Assembly (NCBI GenBank): GCA_036781185.1
Contig: DAIQBL010000002.1
Location: 1-49,758, forward strand
Reading direction: 5' to 3'
Origin: Thermoplasmatota archaeon
GTDB taxonomy: Archaea > Thermoplasmatota > Thermoplasmata > Lutacidiplasmatales > UBA184
DNA: 49,758 nt
The position numbers and the translations under genes were made by a program. Below the pieces are notes generated by a model. It was not told where the DNA came from. It saw nothing but the letters and a program-made list of their open reading frames with translations, and did no database searches. Below are positions 1 to 7,701 of this stretch, piece by piece. How positions within the stretch are numbered: the stretch's first letter is position 1; each line of letters starts with the position of its first letter.

Positions 1-341
1 TCGAGCTCCGGCTCGGACCGGCCCTCGACTCTCTGTCCAAGCTCGAATCGGAGAAGGGTGGTCCGTTCGACCTCGCCTTCCTCGACGCTGACAAGCCGAA
101 CAACGCCGCCTACTTCGATTGGGCGGTCCGGCTCGGCCGGCCCGGCACGGTCATCGTCGTGGACAACGTGGTCCGGAAGGGCGAGGTGGCCCGGCCGGAC
201 TCGCACGACCCGAACGTCGAGGGGACCCGCCGCTTGAACGAGCGCGTCGCGAGCGACCCGAGGGTGGACGCGACGACGATCCAGACGGTCGGAACCAAGG
301 GTCACGACGGGTTCCTCCTCGCGGTCGTCCGTCGGACGTAG
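1..341 (+). CDS. SAM-dependent O-methyltransferase (class I, family 3, caffeoyl-CoA-OMT-like), C-terminal fragment cut by the window edge
   Basis: The frame starting at pos 3 is open from the edge to TAG 339-341. The translation ...GGPFDLAFLDADKPNNAAYFDWAVRLGRPGTVIVVDNVVRKGEV...GHDGFLLAVV carries the DADK and VDN motifs typical of family-3 O-methyltransferases. Confidence 0.75.
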   Translation, partial: ELRLGPALDSLSKLESEKGGPFDLAFLDADKPNNAAYFDWAVRLGRPGTVIVVDNVVRKGEVARPDSHDPNVEGTRRLNERVASDPRVDATTIQTVGTKGHDGFLLAVVRRT

Positions 342-441
342 CGGGCGACCCGGAGTCCCTCACCCGGCGATCGCGCGGCGCCCGCACCCGGAAAGCCCCC
401 GGAGAGCTTACGAACCCTCGCGCTGAGCGGGCAGCACCGCG

Positions 442-1431
442 ATGGACCTGTTCACCCACGTCGTCTTCGCCTACCTGCTCTCCTTCGTGATCTGGGGCCC
501 GGCCGCGCCGCAGTACATCGCGGCGGGGGCGCTCGCCGGGGGACTCCCGGACGCCGACGCCCTTCTGTTCCCGCTCGCCCGCCGGTTCCCCATCTTCGAG
601 CACCACGGGATCACCCACTCGATCGTCGGCGTGACGATCATCGCGGGGGCCGGGAGCGTCCTACTGCCGTTCCTCCCATACTTCCCCCACGCCTCGACGC
701 TGCTCTACTTCGCCGCGATGGAGATTGGCGGGCTCTCCCACGTGTTCCTCGACGGCTTCACGCACTTCGCCGTGCACCCGATGTTGCCGTTCACGTGGAA
801 GGAGCTCCGACTCGACGCCGACGTCGCGATCAACGTGATCATGCTCGCGCTCACCGCCACCACCCTCGTGACCCTGAGCCTCGAGCGCGGCCACGTGCCA
901 TTCCCGATCTGGGTCGAGACCGCGTGGATCCTCACGGCGGTCTACGGCGGCTATCTCGTGGTGCGGACGGTCGCCCGGTGGCGCGCCGGGATCGCCCGCC
1001 GGCGGGAGGGTTACGGTTCCGTTGCTCCCAGCACCAATCCCTGGCTGTGGACCCTGATGGACCGGCGCGACACCGAGCAGGAGTATTCGATCCGATACCG
1101 GCGCTACCGCCTCGGCGAGCCGGCGCCCGGTCCGGAACGGAGGATGGTCGTCCGGAAGGTCACGGACGCCTCCGGCGGGCCGATCTCCTCGGCGCAAGAG
1201 GCGATTGACCGGACGTACCTCGCCGCGATGGCGAAGAACCGGTGGCTCGAACTTCGCCCGCACTTCGGCGAGGCGGTGGCGCGCGGCGGCGTGTTCGAGG
1301 TCGTCTGGTACATGGTCGAGAGCTCGGGTGCTGGGCGCCGGTTCGGCGTTCGCGGCACGATCGACCGGGCGACCGGCGAGATGAAGCTGAAATCTGGATT
1401 CGTCCGAATCCCGCTCGAAACGATGGCGTGA
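442..1431 (+). CDS. Membrane-bound metal-dependent hydrolase, YdjM/DUF457-like, with an unassigned ~150-aa C-terminal soluble extension
   Basis: ATG ORF of 329 aa. The N-terminal half has several hydrophobic helices and His motifs (MDLFTHVVFAYLL, FEHHGITHS, FLDGFTHF) typical of DUF457. Confidence 0.6.
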   Translation: MDLFTHVVFAYLLSFVIWGPAAPQYIAAGALAGGLPDADALLFPLARRFPIFEHHGITHSIVGVTIIAGAGSVLLPFLPYFPHASTLLYFAAMEIGGLSHVFLDGFTHFAVHPMLPFTWKELRLDADVAINVIMLALTATTLVTLSLERGHVPFPIWVETAWILTAVYGGYLVVRTVARWRAGIARRREGYGSVAPSTNPWLWTLMDRRDTEQEYSIRYRRYRLGEPAPGPERRMVVRKVTDASGGPISSAQEAIDRTYLAAMAKNRWLELRPHFGEAVARGGVFEVVWYMVESSGAGRRFGVRGTIDRATGEMKLKSGFVRIPLETMA

Positions 1432-1504
1432 GTCCCCCCCGCGGGGCTCTCCGGGTCCCGGGCGACCGGTGATCGGCGGTCGACTCGGCGTCTCGGCCGG
1501 AGGA

Positions 1505-2491
1505 TTACGGGACCAGAACCGCCGCTCCCTCCAACGGGCCGTGGCGCAACGCGTCGAGTGCGGCGTTGGCCGCGTCGAGGGGGAAGGGCGTGGTCGTGGT
1601 GTGAACCCGGGCCGCCGCGGCGATGGCGAGGAACTCCGATCCGTCCGCTCTCGTGAGGTTCGCGACCGACCGCACCGTCCGTTCCCCCCAAAGGCGCGAG
1701 TACGGGAACGTCGGGATGTCGGTCATGTGAATGCCGGCGCAGACCACGGTTCCCCCCTTCGCGACCGCGCCCAGTGCGGCCGGCACGAGCGGTCCGAGCG
1801 GGGCGAAGATGACTGCGGCGTCGAGCGGCTCCGGAGGTCGCTCGTCGGATCCGCCGGCCCAGACCGCGCCGAGCCCCCGCGCGAACTCTTGGCCCGCGCG
1901 ATCCCCGGGACGCGTGAACGCGTAGACGTTCTGCCCCCGATGGCGGGCGACCTGGACGACGATGTGGGCGGCGGCCCCGAATCCGTAGAATCCGACCCGT
2001 TCGACCTCGCCGGCAAGCCGCAAGGCCCGGTACCCGATCATTCCGGCGCACAGGAGCGGCGCGGTCTCGACGTCCCCCAGCGCCCCCGGCAGCGGGAACG
2101 CGAACCGCTCGTCCGCGACGGCGAGTTCGGCGTACCCTCCGTCCCGTTGGTATCCCGTGAACTCGGCCCGGTCGCAGAGGTTCTCCCGACCTCCCCGACA
2201 GTACGCGCAGACGCCGCAGGTCGAGCCGAGCCACGGGACGCCCACCCGTTCGCCGATTCGAAATCGGTCGGCCCCCGACCCGGTCGCCTCCACCACGCCG
2301 ACGAGTTCGTGGCCGAGGACGCGTCCCCGCGCCGGCGGCGCGAGGTCGCCCTCGAGCAGGTGCAGGTCGGTCCGACACACACCGCACGCCCGGACCCGGA
2401 TGCGAATTTCCCCGGGGCCGGGAGCCGGTTCCGGACGGTCCGGCTCGGCACGGAGGGGCAACCCGACCCCGTCAAACACCATCGCCCGCAT
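1505..2491 (-). CDS. Zn-dependent alcohol dehydrogenase family oxidoreductase
   Basis: Lies inside track ORF 1505..3064. Start set at ATG 2491 (MRAMVFDG...). It has the catalytic Zn motif GVCRTDLH, the structural Zn cluster CGVCAYCRGGRENLC and a GFGAAAH nucleotide-binding motif. The upstream ORF part is Arg/Pro-rich junk. Confidence 0.85.
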   Translation of the reverse strand: MRAMVFDGVGLPLRAEPDRPEPAPGPGEIRIRVRACGVCRTDLHLLEGDLAPPARGRVLGHELVGVVEATGSGADRFRIGERVGVPWLGSTCGVCAYCRGGRENLCDRAEFTGYQRDGGYAELAVADERFAFPLPGALGDVETAPLLCAGMIGYRALRLAGEVERVGFYGFGAAAHIVVQVARHRGQNVYAFTRPGDRAGQEFARGLGAVWAGGSDERPPEPLDAAVIFAPLGPLVPAALGAVAKGGTVVCAGIHMTDIPTFPYSRLWGERTVRSVANLTRADGSEFLAIAAAARVHTTTTPFPLDAANAALDALRHGPLEGAAVLVP

Positions 2492-2677
2492 ACGTACGGC
2501 CGGCCGATCGGCGTCGTTCCGGAAGGGGCCGGCGGACTTAATGCGCGACGCCCGAGGGAGGGCCGCGGGGCGCCCCTCGGGGCACGGCCGGGATTCGCCG
2601 TCGGTCCCCCGCCGCCGCTCCGGCGATAGGTTCAAGGGGCGTGACCCGCGGACAGTGGGTGGGAGCTGGGACGTACG

Positions 2678-3424
2678 GTGGCACTCAACGGGTCGTGGAA
2701 GGACGGAAGCCGGGCCGGGGCGGGCGTCGTTGCGGTGCTGGCCCTCGTGCTCTTGGCGGGCGTTCTCGCTCCCGTCGGGTCCGCCCCGCTCGCCCTCGGC
2801 CACGGTGCGGGGGGGAGTCGGCTGACCGTCGGTCTCACGGCGGCGACCACTCCGGTGACCGTGAGCCTCAGCATCAGCCCCTCCCAGGTCCAGAAGGGAC
2901 AGTCGATCAACATCCAGGCGACGGCGAGCGGGGGGACACCACCCTATTCGTACTCCTACAATGGCCTGCCCTCGGGTTGCCAGGGCCAGAACGGGCCGAG
3001 CTTCTCGTGTACGCCGTCGTCGTCGGGGTCCTACAGCGCGCAGGTGACGGCGTCCGATTCGCACGGCAACCAGTCGTCCCCGAGCAACACCGTCTCCGTG
3101 GACATCACCTCCTCGAACAATGGGAACGGCAACGGCAACGGCAACGGGTCCAATTCGAGCAATGGCCTCTCCAACCTGTTCTCCGGATTCTCCGGCCTCC
3201 TTCCGCTCCTGCTGATCTTCGGGGTGGTCGGATTCATCACGTGGATCCTCCTCATCGTCGGAGTCTGGGTCATCGCGATCACCCTCCTTCGCCGGCTTCC
3301 GAAGCCGGGGGCGGCGGCCGCTGCGGGCGCCTCGACCAAGTGCGCCGCGTGCGCCGCGGTGATTCCCGCCGGCGCGAAGTTCTGCTCCGCCTGCGGGACG
3401 AGCACGGTCCCGAAGACGAGCTAG
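2678..3424 (+). CDS. Type-I membrane protein: signal peptide, PKD-like Ig domain, (NG)n linker, TM helix, C-terminal cytoplasmic zinc ribbon
   Basis: GTG ORF of 248 aa. Elements in order: hydrophobic N-terminus VVAVLALVLLAGVLAPVGSAP, PKD-type motif SGGTPPYSYSYNGLPSGC...VTASDSHGN, NNGNGNGNGNGSNSSNG linker, TM segment LLPLLLIFGVVGFITWILLIVGVWVIAITLL, and tail KCAACAAVIPAGAKFCSACG. Confidence 0.65.
   Translation: MALNGSWKDGSRAGAGVVAVLALVLLAGVLAPVGSAPLALGHGAGGSRLTVGLTAATTPVTVSLSISPSQVQKGQSINIQATASGGTPPYSYSYNGLPSGCQGQNGPSFSCTPSSSGSYSAQVTASDSHGNQSSPSNTVSVDITSSNNGNGNGNGNGSNSSNGLSNLFSGFSGLLPLLLIFGVVGFITWILLIVGVWVIAITLLRRLPKPGAAAAAGASTKCAACAAVIPAGAKFCSACGTSTVPKTS
3125..3148 (+). repeat. In-frame hexanucleotide microsatellite (AACGGC)x3 + AACGGG encoding (NG)n
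   Basis: Direct reading aacggcaacggcaacggcaacggg, corresponding to codons N150-G157 of the 2678..3424 ORF. Confidence 0.8.
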
Positions 3425-3482
3425 CGACTTCGAGGTGGGCGGCGCCGAGGGCCGGGGTCGTCGGCCGCCGCGCTCCCGCGGC

Positions 3483-4376
3483 TCACGGTCGCCGAGTCGC
3501 CTTCGTCATCGCCCGGGCGAACAGCGGGATGTCGCCGAGGCGGACGACCGAACCTTCGGCGAGCGGTCCCGAGTCGACGCCCTTCTCGGACCGGCATCCG
3601 CACGACGCCCAGTCGGCCGGGTCGACGCCGTCGAGGTGGAGCACGAGATCGAACGCTTCGCCGCCGGCGCCAATCGCCTCGGCGTACCCCACATAGACGG
3701 AGAACCCGGAATTCCGGTGGGCGTTCAGGATCGACGGGACCTGGTCCGCGCCGAAGGTCGCCATCACGCGGTGGGCGTTCGGGACCGCGACGACCCCCGG
3801 GCGAGATTCGGGGGGACGGGTGGCGAGGATTCGCTGCGAGATATCGGGGAGCCTTAGGAAGTCGGTCACCTGGGCGATGGCCGCCGGCGATTCATCCGCC
3901 CGGAGGTACGCGAACATCGCGTAGTTCGCACCGATGTCGGTCGGACGCAGGGCCGTGGGGGATTCGATGGCCCAGCATCGGTCCCCGGGCACCCACCCCA
4001 GCCCGACGGGATCGAGGGCGCTCCGGGTCTCGCCGGGCACCCGGATATCGACCCATTGGAACTGCGGCGAGGTCGCCTCGGCCAAGGCGAAGACCGCGAG
4101 GTTGACGAGGTCGCGCGAGGGGCCATGGACGAGAATCGACGTCGGGCGGTCGAACCGGAGCGAGGGAAAGTGGCGGTCCCCATCGTCGGCCACCGGGGCG
4201 ACAGGTCGGGGACGCCGTCGGTCGGGCGAGGGTTCGGGTCCTCGAGCCCGCTTTGGCACGAATCCGGAACCGCCGGGACGGTCCGAGGGCGGGGGGAGCG
4301 TGAAGCTCCGCGGCGCGACGAACGGTCGTGAATGCAGTGGCATGGGGGACCGGGACGGGGGGCGTCCCGAGGTCAC
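3483..4376 (-). CDS. Hypothetical protein (possible inactivated RecA/KaiC-like P-loop fold); start uncertain
   Basis: Track ORF of 297 aa. The C-terminal ~235 aa has ordinary protein composition (SILVHGPSRDLVNLAVFALAEA..., FSVYVGYAEAIGAGGEAFDLVLHLDG). The first ~60 aa are Pro/Arg-rich. Candidate starts are GTG 4376, ATG 4343 and GTG 4193. No Walker-A GxxxxGK[ST] is present. Confidence 0.45.
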   Translation of the reverse strand: MTSGRPPSRSPMPLHSRPFVAPRSFTLPPPSDRPGGSGFVPKRARGPEPSPDRRRPRPVAPVADDGDRHFPSLRFDRPTSILVHGPSRDLVNLAVFALAEATSPQFQWVDIRVPGETRSALDPVGLGWVPGDRCWAIESPTALRPTDIGANYAMFAYLRADESPAAIAQVTDFLRLPDISQRILATRPPESRPGVVAVPNAHRVMATFGADQVPSILNAHRNSGFSVYVGYAEAIGAGGEAFDLVLHLDGVDPADWASCGCRSEKGVDSGPLAEGSVVRLGDIPLFARAMTKATRRP

Positions 4377-4466
4377 TCAGCCCCTCGGGGTCCTTCTCCT
4401 CCCCCCGAACGCCTTCGGGGTCCCGAACGGGTTCGGTCGGCCGGCGGCCCGGCCCAATTCTGTTCG

Positions 4467-4475
4467 TTTATATCC
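4467..4475. promoter_or_regulatory. TATA-box-like element TTTATATCC between divergent genes (possibly bidirectional)
   Basis: This is the only AT-rich 9-mer in the GC-rich divergent region between 3483..4376(-) and the HTH_10 gene(+). The in-frame GTG at 4536 lies ~60 nt downstream. Confidence 0.45.
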
Positions 4476-4535
4476 CCGACCACGATTCGCCGACGAGGAC
4501 CATCGCCGGATCGAGGTCCGGCGTCCGTACGGCAC

Positions 4536-5309
4536 GTGACCGCGAAGGGAGCGCCGAAGCCCGGGCGACGCGCGCGAGTCGCCCAGCTCACTCCGGCGAG
4601 AAGTACCCCCGCCCGGCTTCGGCGGCTCCGGGAGTCCCATCCGGAGGGGCCCACCGACCGGCTCCTGCTCGCCACCCTCCGGATCCGGATTCCGAACGAC
4701 TTGTGGACCGGCGCCTTCTCACGGGCCCATCCGACCCGGAGCCTCGAGGCGTTGAACCGGGCCGAGGTCGGGAAGGACGTCTCGGTCTCCGACTATTGGA
4801 TCGCCGGCCAGCCTCCGGGGGTCTGGGCCGCCGAGATCGCGCGGTACCCCGACGTCCTGAACGTCGACAGCCTCGCGGTGGTCGGCGAGGGGTGCCTCTA
4901 CCGGATCACCTACCGGAATCCGCCCATCGTCTACCTGTTCCGGGAGCTCGGCCTCCCGATCCAGTTCCCGCTCCGTGTCCAGAACGGAGTGATCCGTTGG
5001 GAGGTCGTGGCCCGGCACTCGGAGCTCCAAGCGGTGCTCCGCCACGCCGGGAGCGTCGACCCCGACTTCCAGGTCGTGTCGATCCGGCGGGGGTCGCTCC
5101 GAAGCCACCTGCCGGTCCTGACGGACGCCCAGCACCGCCTGCTGACCCAGGCGATGGCGGCGGGCTACTTCGCGGTCCCCCGGGGCATCACGCTGACGAA
5201 CCTGGCCCGGCGACTCGACCGGAGCAAATCCGCCGTGTCCGAGGGGATCGCCGTCATCGAACAGAAGCTGCTGGAGAGCGCGCTCAGCTCGAGCTCCTTC
5301 GCCCGCTAG
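4536..5309 (+). CDS. HTH_10 (bacterio-opsin-activator-type) transcriptional regulator
   Basis: The C-terminus LTDAQHRLLTQAMAAGYFAVPRGITLTNLARRLDRSKSAVSEGIAVIEQKLL is a typical HTH_10 motif. The maximal ORF starts at ATG 4332, but its first ~65 codons are Pro/Arg/Gly-rich and overlap the divergent gene. GTG 4536 was chosen because it lies downstream of the TATA; the start remains uncertain. Confidence 0.7.
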   Translation: MTAKGAPKPGRRARVAQLTPARSTPARLRRLRESHPEGPTDRLLLATLRIRIPNDLWTGAFSRAHPTRSLEALNRAEVGKDVSVSDYWIAGQPPGVWAAEIARYPDVLNVDSLAVVGEGCLYRITYRNPPIVYLFRELGLPIQFPLRVQNGVIRWEVVARHSELQAVLRHAGSVDPDFQVVSIRRGSLRSHLPVLTDAQHRLLTQAMAAGYFAVPRGITLTNLARRLDRSKSAVSEGIAVIEQKLLESALSSSSFAR

Positions 5310-5373
5310 ACCCACCGGATACGGCGGGGCTCGGTCGCGCGAATTGGAACGACGGAACGGACGGGCCCCGGCG

Positions 5374-6063
5374 ATGACGACGATCCGGACGATCGCCGCC
5401 CACGAGGTCGTCCGGGCGCGGTTCCCTCGAGAAGTGACCGAGAGGGACGAGATTGGGATGGCGGTGGGGAAAGCGATCGACGAGACGCTCTCGCACTATA
5501 GCCACGAATACGCGCAGGGTCGGCGCCCGACTCGGACCGGCATGAACCGGCGGGCCGAGGCGACCCTCGACGAGGAGCTCGCGGAGGCCGACGTCCACCT
5601 CCCGCCCGCGGAACGGGCCCGGCATTTGGAGGCCATCGACGGAGTTCTGCAGGCGTTTCGCCGGAGCGGTCTGATGGGATTGCCCCGACCCCGTAGTCGG
5701 TTGATCCTGATCAACGGAGACGCCGGCGTCTACGCCCAACCGGACTACTGGAACGGACGGGACCGGATCTACGAGATGAAGAGCTTCCACGCCAGCCCGA
5801 TCCCGCCGTACGTCCTCCTCCAGGTCCAGTTGTTCCAGTGTGCCTTTCCCGGATTCCAGGCGTTCCTCGCCTGGTTCGACCGGCACGTTCAGCCGGTCGT
5901 GGCGACGATGGAGGAGGCGCCGGCGTTGGGGCCGGAGGCCCAGACGGCCGCCCTGTGGCTCGCGTACCGGCACGCTCGCTCCGATGGAGTGGACAAAGTT
6001 CTGGAGTTCATGGACAGTCCGACCGTGCGATACACACTCCCCGCGACCGACGGCGGGGCCTGA
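5374..6063 (+). CDS. PD-(D/E)xK nuclease superfamily protein (Cas4/RecB-like core without Fe-S cysteines)
   Basis: ATG 5374 (MTTIRT...; the track ORF begins at TTG 5344). Motifs GVYAQPDYW ... RIYEMKS give D-x(10)-E-x-K, preceded by GKAIDETL and followed by LLQVQLFQ. Confidence 0.55.
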   Translation: MTTIRTIAAHEVVRARFPREVTERDEIGMAVGKAIDETLSHYSHEYAQGRRPTRTGMNRRAEATLDEELAEADVHLPPAERARHLEAIDGVLQAFRRSGLMGLPRPRSRLILINGDAGVYAQPDYWNGRDRIYEMKSFHASPIPPYVLLQVQLFQCAFPGFQAFLAWFDRHVQPVVATMEEAPALGPEAQTAALWLAYRHARSDGVDKVLEFMDSPTVRYTLPATDGGA

Positions 6064-6153
6064 CCGGGCCGCCGTCGGTGTGCCCGAGGGGACGCCACGT
6101 CCGTACGAGGGGGGAACTCGAAAGCGTTCTAACAGGCGGGGCGTGGGTCCGAC

Positions 6154-6402
6154 GTGACGAGCTACGGTGATTCGAGGCGAGTGGCCGCCGCGCACCGCGA
6201 CCTGCCCGGCCTCATCGCGAGCCGGACCCGGGTGGGTCTGGTCCTTCTCGACGACGATCAACGGGAGCAGCCGGTGATCGAGGGGGAGCTGGTCCGCCTC
6301 GGTCCCGATTCGGTGGTGTTCCGCCACGACGACCAGGACGAGGAGATCTCCCTCGCCACCATCGCGAAACGAATTCTCGGCGACGACGTGGTCGTCTACT
6401 AA
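6154..6402 (+). CDS. Hypothetical small protein (82 aa, acidic, beta-rich)
   Basis: GTG ORF, co-directional with and 91 nt downstream of the nuclease gene. Composition is protein-like (VGLVLLDDDQREQPVIEGELVRLGPDSVVFRHDD...ISLATIAKRIL). No family recognised. Confidence 0.35.
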   Translation: MTSYGDSRRVAAAHRDLPGLIASRTRVGLVLLDDDQREQPVIEGELVRLGPDSVVFRHDDQDEEISLATIAKRILGDDVVVY

Positions 6403-6437
6403 GAGACCACATCGGCCGGGTCTCCGGTCGCTACCCA

Positions 6438-7001
6438 CTACGCCCGCCGCCGCTCGCGGAGAGGAGCTCGCTTGCGGAACACCGCGAGCAGGTCGACCAC
6501 CTTGTAGGTCGCGGCCTGCTGGTCGAGATACGCGACGTCCATCCTGTCCGAATAGTCTGCCCAGAGAAGGCTCGCCTCGTCGAGGGCCTCCCGGACCCGC
6601 CAGTGCTTCGCCGCCGCCAACCGCTTCACGAAGAGATCCTCGACGACGGCGATTTGAACCGGGCCGTACGGGGTCGCTGCGGTGGTTGCTCGGTACGGAT
6701 CGCCGGTGTATTGGTTTCCGACCACATCGACGGCGATGTTCCAGTCCGCTCGAATCCAAAGCCGCCCCTCCTCATTGAATTTCCACCCGGCGAGAGCCCG
6801 TCGAACCGCCTCCCGATCCGCCCGGATGTCGATATCGCCGGAGACGTAGCCTCCCTTGGTGTAGACCTCGATGGCCGAGCCCCCGACGACGACAACTTCC
6901 GATCCGATCTCCCGAGCGAGGAGGGCGGCGAAGTGGAGGATGCGGTCGTAGCTCTTCGGCGTCGAGCGGAGGATTCGACCGATTTCGTCGACGCCCGTCA
7001 T
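6438..7001 (-). CDS. Nucleotidyltransferase-fold protein (AbiEii/DUF1814-like; putative toxin/effector)
   Basis: ATG ORF of 187 aa. VVVVGGSAIEVYTKGGYVSGDIDIRAD matches the GG[ST]A...[ST]xDxD minimal-NTase motif. Its start overlaps the upstream wHTH gene stop by 4 nt. Confidence 0.6.
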   Translation of the reverse strand: MTGVDEIGRILRSTPKSYDRILHFAALLAREIGSEVVVVGGSAIEVYTKGGYVSGDIDIRADREAVRRALAGWKFNEEGRLWIRADWNIAVDVVGNQYTGDPYRATTAATPYGPVQIAVVEDLFVKRLAAAKHWRVREALDEASLLWADYSDRMDVAYLDQQAATYKVVDLLAVFRKRAPLRERRRA

Positions 7002-7474
7002 GAGCTCGGCGGAGTTCGCCGGGAGGTCCGAAGTCCGGCCCGCGCGAGAATTCGGTCCTTCACCAGCGAACGGGTAAACTCCGATCGATTGGGGACGGCG
7101 TCGGGACTCGGCACGAACCGGGAAAGGTCGATTCGGACCTGTCGAGAGGACGTTCGTCGACCGACCCGCCGGTCGACTTCTCGTTCAAAGTCGGCCGACC
7201 AGACGATTCGGACGCGGCGTCGAAAGAAATCTTGCAGTGAACGGTCCGACAGAACCCACCCCGTGCGTCCCCGACCGGTCGGAGCCGTTGCGACGACCCC
7301 GGCCTTCTCGAGCCGTCGAAGCTCCGTGATCGCCTTGATGACCTGCGTCCCGGTCATTTTGGCAACACGGTAGGCCGTCAACGGTTGGCCCGCATTTGCC
7401 AGCGCCCCCAGGGTCGCCGCCCTCGTCCGGCTGCCGAAGAGCGCCACGACGCTTGGGTCGATCTTCGTAGGCAT
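6998..7474 (-). CDS. Winged-helix transcriptional regulator (AbiEi-like putative antitoxin)
   Basis: Start set at ATG 7474 (MPTKIDPS...; the track ORF extends to 7516). wHTH segment LFGSRTRAATLGALANAGQPLTAYRVAKMTGTQVIKAITELRRLEKAGVV. ATGA overlap with the NTase gene. Confidence 0.6.
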   Translation of the reverse strand: MPTKIDPSVVALFGSRTRAATLGALANAGQPLTAYRVAKMTGTQVIKAITELRRLEKAGVVATAPTGRGRTGWVLSDRSLQDFFRRRVRIVWSADFEREVDRRVGRRTSSRQVRIDLSRFVPSPDAVPNRSEFTRSLVKDRILARAGLRTSRRTPPSS

Positions 7475-7500
7475 GAGTGCGGTAAGTGGCCAATCTCCCC

Positions 7501-7510
7501 ATAAGACTAT
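7501..7510 (-). promoter_or_regulatory. TATA-like element (ATAGTCTTAT on the minus strand) for the wHTH-NTase operon
   Basis: AT-rich 10-mer beginning 27 nt upstream of ATG 7474. This is the same spacing seen for other genes in the window and is consistent with a leaderless transcript. Confidence 0.4.
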
Positions 7511-7701
7511 CCACATCGGATACCAAGCGGACGCGCCCCCGGCACGGCCGATCCGTCCGCCTTCGGTTCACCCGTCATTCACGAGCTTTCGAAATCCCCG
7601 GAGTCCAAGCTCCCCGAGGGCGTCGCCGTTCGCCCGAGACTCCGTCGCCGCCGAGAGGGGTCCCCGCCCAGCGGAGGGGCGGGATTCGGCGACCGGATCC
7701 A

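Noticed and set aside
3119-3148. Possible CRISPR array or other non-coding repeat array (also checked the KAP-repeat DNA at about 18300-18430 and the Pro-rich DNA at about 43300-43480).
   Set aside because: These are short in-frame coding repeats, without the repeat-spacer periodicity of 25-40 nt units. I saw no CRISPR-like array or cas genes in the window.
7672-7700. Possible att-site remnant: GGGATTCG at 7681-7688, just beside the tRNA-Arg 3' end, resembles the tRNA T-arm (GGGATTCGAACCC).
   Set aside because: Only 8 nt match, which is not significant in this composition. I found no integrase or recombinase gene and no longer direct repeat of the tRNA 3' half at the far side of the islet, so I do not call a mobile element.
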